DNA of 19,254 nucleotides. It comes from Candidatus Eiseniibacteriota bacterium (GTDB lineage Bacteria; Eisenbacteria; RBG-16-71-46; JABDJR01; JAWXBZ01). The stretch is from the NCBI GenBank assembly GCA_034440375.1, contig JAWXBZ010000062.1:1-19254 (forward strand). The letters run 5' to 3'. This document shows positions 16,600 through 19,254 of the stretch, in pieces. The first letter of the stretch is position 1. Each line of letters opens with the position of its first letter. Position numbers and translations under genes: made by a program. Under the pieces are notes generated by a model, which was not told the origin of the DNA, searched no databases, and saw nothing but the letters and a program-made list of their open reading frames with translations.

Positions 16600-18795
16600 C
16601 TACGGATTATTGATCTGGGTGATCAGGAAGACCGTCGTAACAAGGCTCGCGACGATGGTGACGGTGTCCTTGACCACATTTCCCCAGTTGACGCCCTTCC
16701 CGTCGGGCTTCCTGGACACGACGATTTGTGAACCCGGCTCCACCTTCGGATCCTTGCCGAGCGTCTTGAAAGCCTTCTGCACGATGCCGTCCACGCGGAT
16801 GATCCGCGTGTTACTCCTGTCCCCGTCTTCGGTGACGCCGCCGGTGCGATCGACGTAGTAGTCCGCCGTCTTGCCCGGTTGAAAGATGAGCGCTCCCGGC
16901 TGGCTGACCTGTCCGGCCACCAGGATCGTGGGCGGGTAGGGCGGCACATGAATCGAATCGCCGTCGACGAGCACGATGTCCTCCCGGTCTCCCTTCTTCT
17001 TCAGGGCCCGCTCAAAATTGATGATGACCCGCCCCTGGTCCTTGCGGAAAAGAGAGGCTCCCTTCAGGAACGACTCGCGCGTTCGCCCACCGGCCCGCTC
17101 GATGAAATGAGAGAGGCGTTCCTCGCGGACGAGCAGCGGATAGATGCCGGGGTAAACCACCTCGCCGGCAATCTTGACGGTTTCCTGCGATTTCCAGCCC
17201 GGAATCTTCCGGATGTATATCTTGTCGCCTTTAGCCAGGCGAACATTCTCGGACAAGTCCGGACTCGAGAGCGCCACGCCAAGATCGATGTAGGTTACGC
17301 GGCTGACGCTGTCGGTCACGCCAAACGATCCACTCGCGCCGATCGGCCGTGCCAGGCGGGAGAGTTCCGCCCGAAGAGGATAGGCGCTGTCGAGAAGGCC
17401 ACCGGCGCGAAAAATAAGATCGGCCACCCGCGTTTCGGGGAAAAGCGGATAGATGCCCGGGTACTGAACCATCCCCTGGATTTCGACGAACTGACGGGGC
17501 TCGACGTGATAAATCGAATAGAGGGTGAGGCTGTCGCCGTCCTGCAGCGGCAGCGAAGCGGGATCGCCGGAGACGACGGTCGAGTCGGATTGAAGAAGGC
17601 CGGTCAGATCGAGTTCGAGACTCATCGGCCCGGTGGCCGGTGAAACGCGGTCCAGTGACGCTCGCTCCGCGTAGACAATCGGGGTGAACCCCGCTCCCAT
17701 CCGGATCAAGTCCGCCACGGTCTCGCCCCCTCTGAGCTCGAAGATCGCGGGGCGATTGATCTCTCCCCGAACCGTCGCCGTGGGGCCCTGGGGCAGAATG
17801 AATACGGTATCACCGGAGAGAAGCCGCACCTGGCCCGCGCCATCGCCCCCGAGGAGGTACGGATAGAGATCGACCTCCACCAGAATCTGACCGTCACGGA
17901 CGATGCGGACGCGGCGCAGTGTGCCCTCGGGCGTCGGGCCGCCGGCGAAGTAAAGGGCATTGAAGGCCGTCGAGACCGGCGAGAGATAGTAGGCGCCCGG
18001 TCGAACGACATCACCGGCGACAATGATCTGGATTCGGCGCAGGCGCCGGAGCGACACCCCCATCTGGAAGCCCGAGAAGATTCGCTTCATCTCGGAATTG
18101 AGCCGCGTCTCGAAATCCTCGAGCGACATGCCGGCTGCCGGGACGACACCGACTTCGGGCAGCGCGACGTTTCCCTCTCGATCCACGATGCCGAAAAATT
18201 CCTGCTGCACGGAGCCCCACAGCGCGATCCGGATCTCATCGCCCGGTCCCAGGCGATAGTCGGGGCCCACGGCCAGATCCTGATCCGGTTCGAAACTTTC
18301 GGGCGCGTTCTGGAAGACGTCGTATCCAAAGGGCGCCGGCTCGCGTACCCCTCCCAAGGCTTGCGACACGACGGCCGGGGCTTCGACTTCGGCGGCCCGC
18401 TCGTCCTTGTCGCGCCGGGTGGTCAGATCCTCGGGACGTACCCGGCGCAGGATGTCATTGACATCACGCGTCGAAAAGGTGGCATCGGGGTCGTATCCCC
18501 GCAGCAGCTCCGTGGCCGCCTCCTCGCTCAGTCCGCGGGTCAACAGAAGTTGATAGACGTCGGTGTAGGACATTTCCGAGATCGCCTCCCGGGCACGATC
18601 CTCGGTTGACCTGTCGGCTTCCGGGGGAAAGGCGCCTGGTGGGGAGGTCTGGGCATTGGCCGGGGACATGAGCGCGAACCCAGGTCCAATGAGGATGAGA
18701 AACAGGAGTGCGCGCCAACGGGAGGGCCACCGGCCAAAGGAGCCGACGACCCGGGGCGCGGCCGAACGGGGGTGGCTTAAGTGAAATTTTTTCAA
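16600..18795 (-). CDS. Polysaccharide export OPX protein with multiple SLBB domains (Wza/KpsD-like)
   Basis: Signal peptide ending SPANA-Q, PFGYDVF, Poly_export motif DYRLGPGDEIRI..VDREGNVALPEVG, repeated G-x-V-x2-PG-x-Y / AGG SLBB units and a C-terminal amphipathic helix. Start placed at TTG 18795, downstream of the promoter; the exact start is uncertain. Confidence 0.92.
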   Translation of the reverse strand: MKKFHLSHPRSAAPRVVGSFGRWPSRWRALLFLILIGPGFALMSPANAQTSPPGAFPPEADRSTEDRAREAISEMSYTDVYQLLLTRGLSEEAATELLRGYDPDATFSTRDVNDILRRVRPEDLTTRRDKDERAAEVEAPAVVSQALGGVREPAPFGYDVFQNAPESFEPDQDLAVGPDYRLGPGDEIRIALWGSVQQEFFGIVDREGNVALPEVGVVPAAGMSLEDFETRLNSEMKRIFSGFQMGVSLRRLRRIQIIVAGDVVRPGAYYLSPVSTAFNALYFAGGPTPEGTLRRVRIVRDGQILVEVDLYPYLLGGDGAGQVRLLSGDTVFILPQGPTATVRGEINRPAIFELRGGETVADLIRMGAGFTPIVYAERASLDRVSPATGPMSLELDLTGLLQSDSTVVSGDPASLPLQDGDSLTLYSIYHVEPRQFVEIQGMVQYPGIYPLFPETRVADLIFRAGGLLDSAYPLRAELSRLARPIGASGSFGVTDSVSRVTYIDLGVALSSPDLSENVRLAKGDKIYIRKIPGWKSQETVKIAGEVVYPGIYPLLVREERLSHFIERAGGRTRESFLKGASLFRKDQGRVIINFERALKKKGDREDIVLVDGDSIHVPPYPPTILVAGQVSQPGALIFQPGKTADYYVDRTGGVTEDGDRSNTRIIRVDGIVQKAFKTLGKDPKVEPGSQIVVSRKPDGKGVNWGNVVKDTVTIVASLVTTVFLITQINNP

Positions 18796-18840
18796 TGATA
18801 TAGCCCTGAGACTTGAGACTTGGGATGCAGTAGGAAAACA

Positions 18841-18869
18841 ATCGTACCCAGCCGCCACGCATGAGTCAA
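18841..18869 (-). promoter_or_regulatory. Sigma70-type promoter for the cluster
   Basis: TTGACT (18869-18864), N17, TACGAT (18846-18841); 5/6 and 4/6 matches to consensus, followed by an AT-rich leader. Confidence 0.72.
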
Positions 18870-19254
18870 GCAAGAGGATGGCCCCGGCTCCGCCGCGCAC
18901 GCCACACGCGCCGAACGGTTCCCCATATTCGCGGGTTGCCGGGCCAGAGAAGGACGCTGGCCAGGGCCAGAGCCCAACCGGCCGGGGATCCCCGCCGGCA
19001 ACCAGCCTCGAAACGACACTCGGTGGACCAGGCCCGGAGCCAGGCACTGGCCGCCGGGCCAGGGGGCGCATTCCGGAACAGTTGAGGACCGTGCTTCCGA
19101 AGGAGTCGACGCATGTCGGGCACCATGGCAAGGGCTGCGGAGGTGGCCGAACGATGGCTGGCGGAGCGCCGCATGTGTACCAGTATTTCCGCCAGCCGAA
19201 GACTCGGATAACGGAGAACCAGGCGCAGTTGCAGATCCGCGTCCTGGCAGCAGC
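18866..19254 (-). CDS. Probable GT2-family glycosyltransferase, C-terminal part (5' end outside the window)
   Basis: Frame is open from the window edge: CCQDADLQLRLVLRYPSLRLAEILVHMRRSASHRS...GHPLA*. This resembles the GT2 '(E/Q)D.DL.LR....e.L..yR' segment. Confidence 0.65.
   Translation of the reverse strand, partial: CCQDADLQLRLVLRYPSLRLAEILVHMRRSASHRSATSAALAMVPDMRRLLRKHGPQLFRNAPPGPAASAWLRAWSTECRFEAGCRRGSPAGWALALASVLLWPGNPRIWGTVRRVWRARRSRGHPLA

Noticed and set aside
18796-19131. N-terminal 112-aa extension of the export ORF in the track (start 19131)
   Set aside because: It overlaps the GT2-like frame and the sigma70 promoter, and precedes the signal peptide.
1-19254. Mobile elements, CRISPR arrays, tRNA/rRNA, defence genes
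   Set aside because: No transposase or integrase motifs, regularly spaced repeats or RNA-gene signatures were seen; nearly all sequence is explained by glycan genes.

Overview
A high-GC bacterial window filled by one minus-strand Wzx/Wzy-dependent surface polysaccharide (EPS/capsule) cluster. In transcription order (right to left): the 3' end of a probable GT2; a near-consensus sigma70 promoter; a large SLBB-repeat OPX export protein (Wza/KpsD-like); a kinase-less polysaccharide co-polymerase (Wzz/GumC-like); a Wzy/O-antigen-ligase-family membrane protein; an NAD-dependent epimerase/dehydratase; GT4; GT2; GT4; WecB; a Wzx flippase; a TuaH-like GT; GT4; a radical SAM/SPASM(twitch) enzyme; a priming phosphoglycosyltransferase; a Gfo/Idh/MocA oxidoreductase; and the 5' part of an LbH N-acetyltransferase. 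Five points stand out. (1) A radical SAM enzyme sits inside the glycan operon. (2) The adjacent GT4 begins with a diverged copy of that enzyme's first 17 codons. (3) An unannotated 28-codon ORF 7 kb away is a decayed copy of the same GT4's N-terminus and overlaps the genes on both sides. (4) The 250-nt region before the priming transferase can form mutually exclusive ~13-bp stems. (5) A G10 tract lies in the co-polymerase gene. No mobile elements, RNA genes or CRISPR arrays were recognised. All alignments and counts were done by eye.
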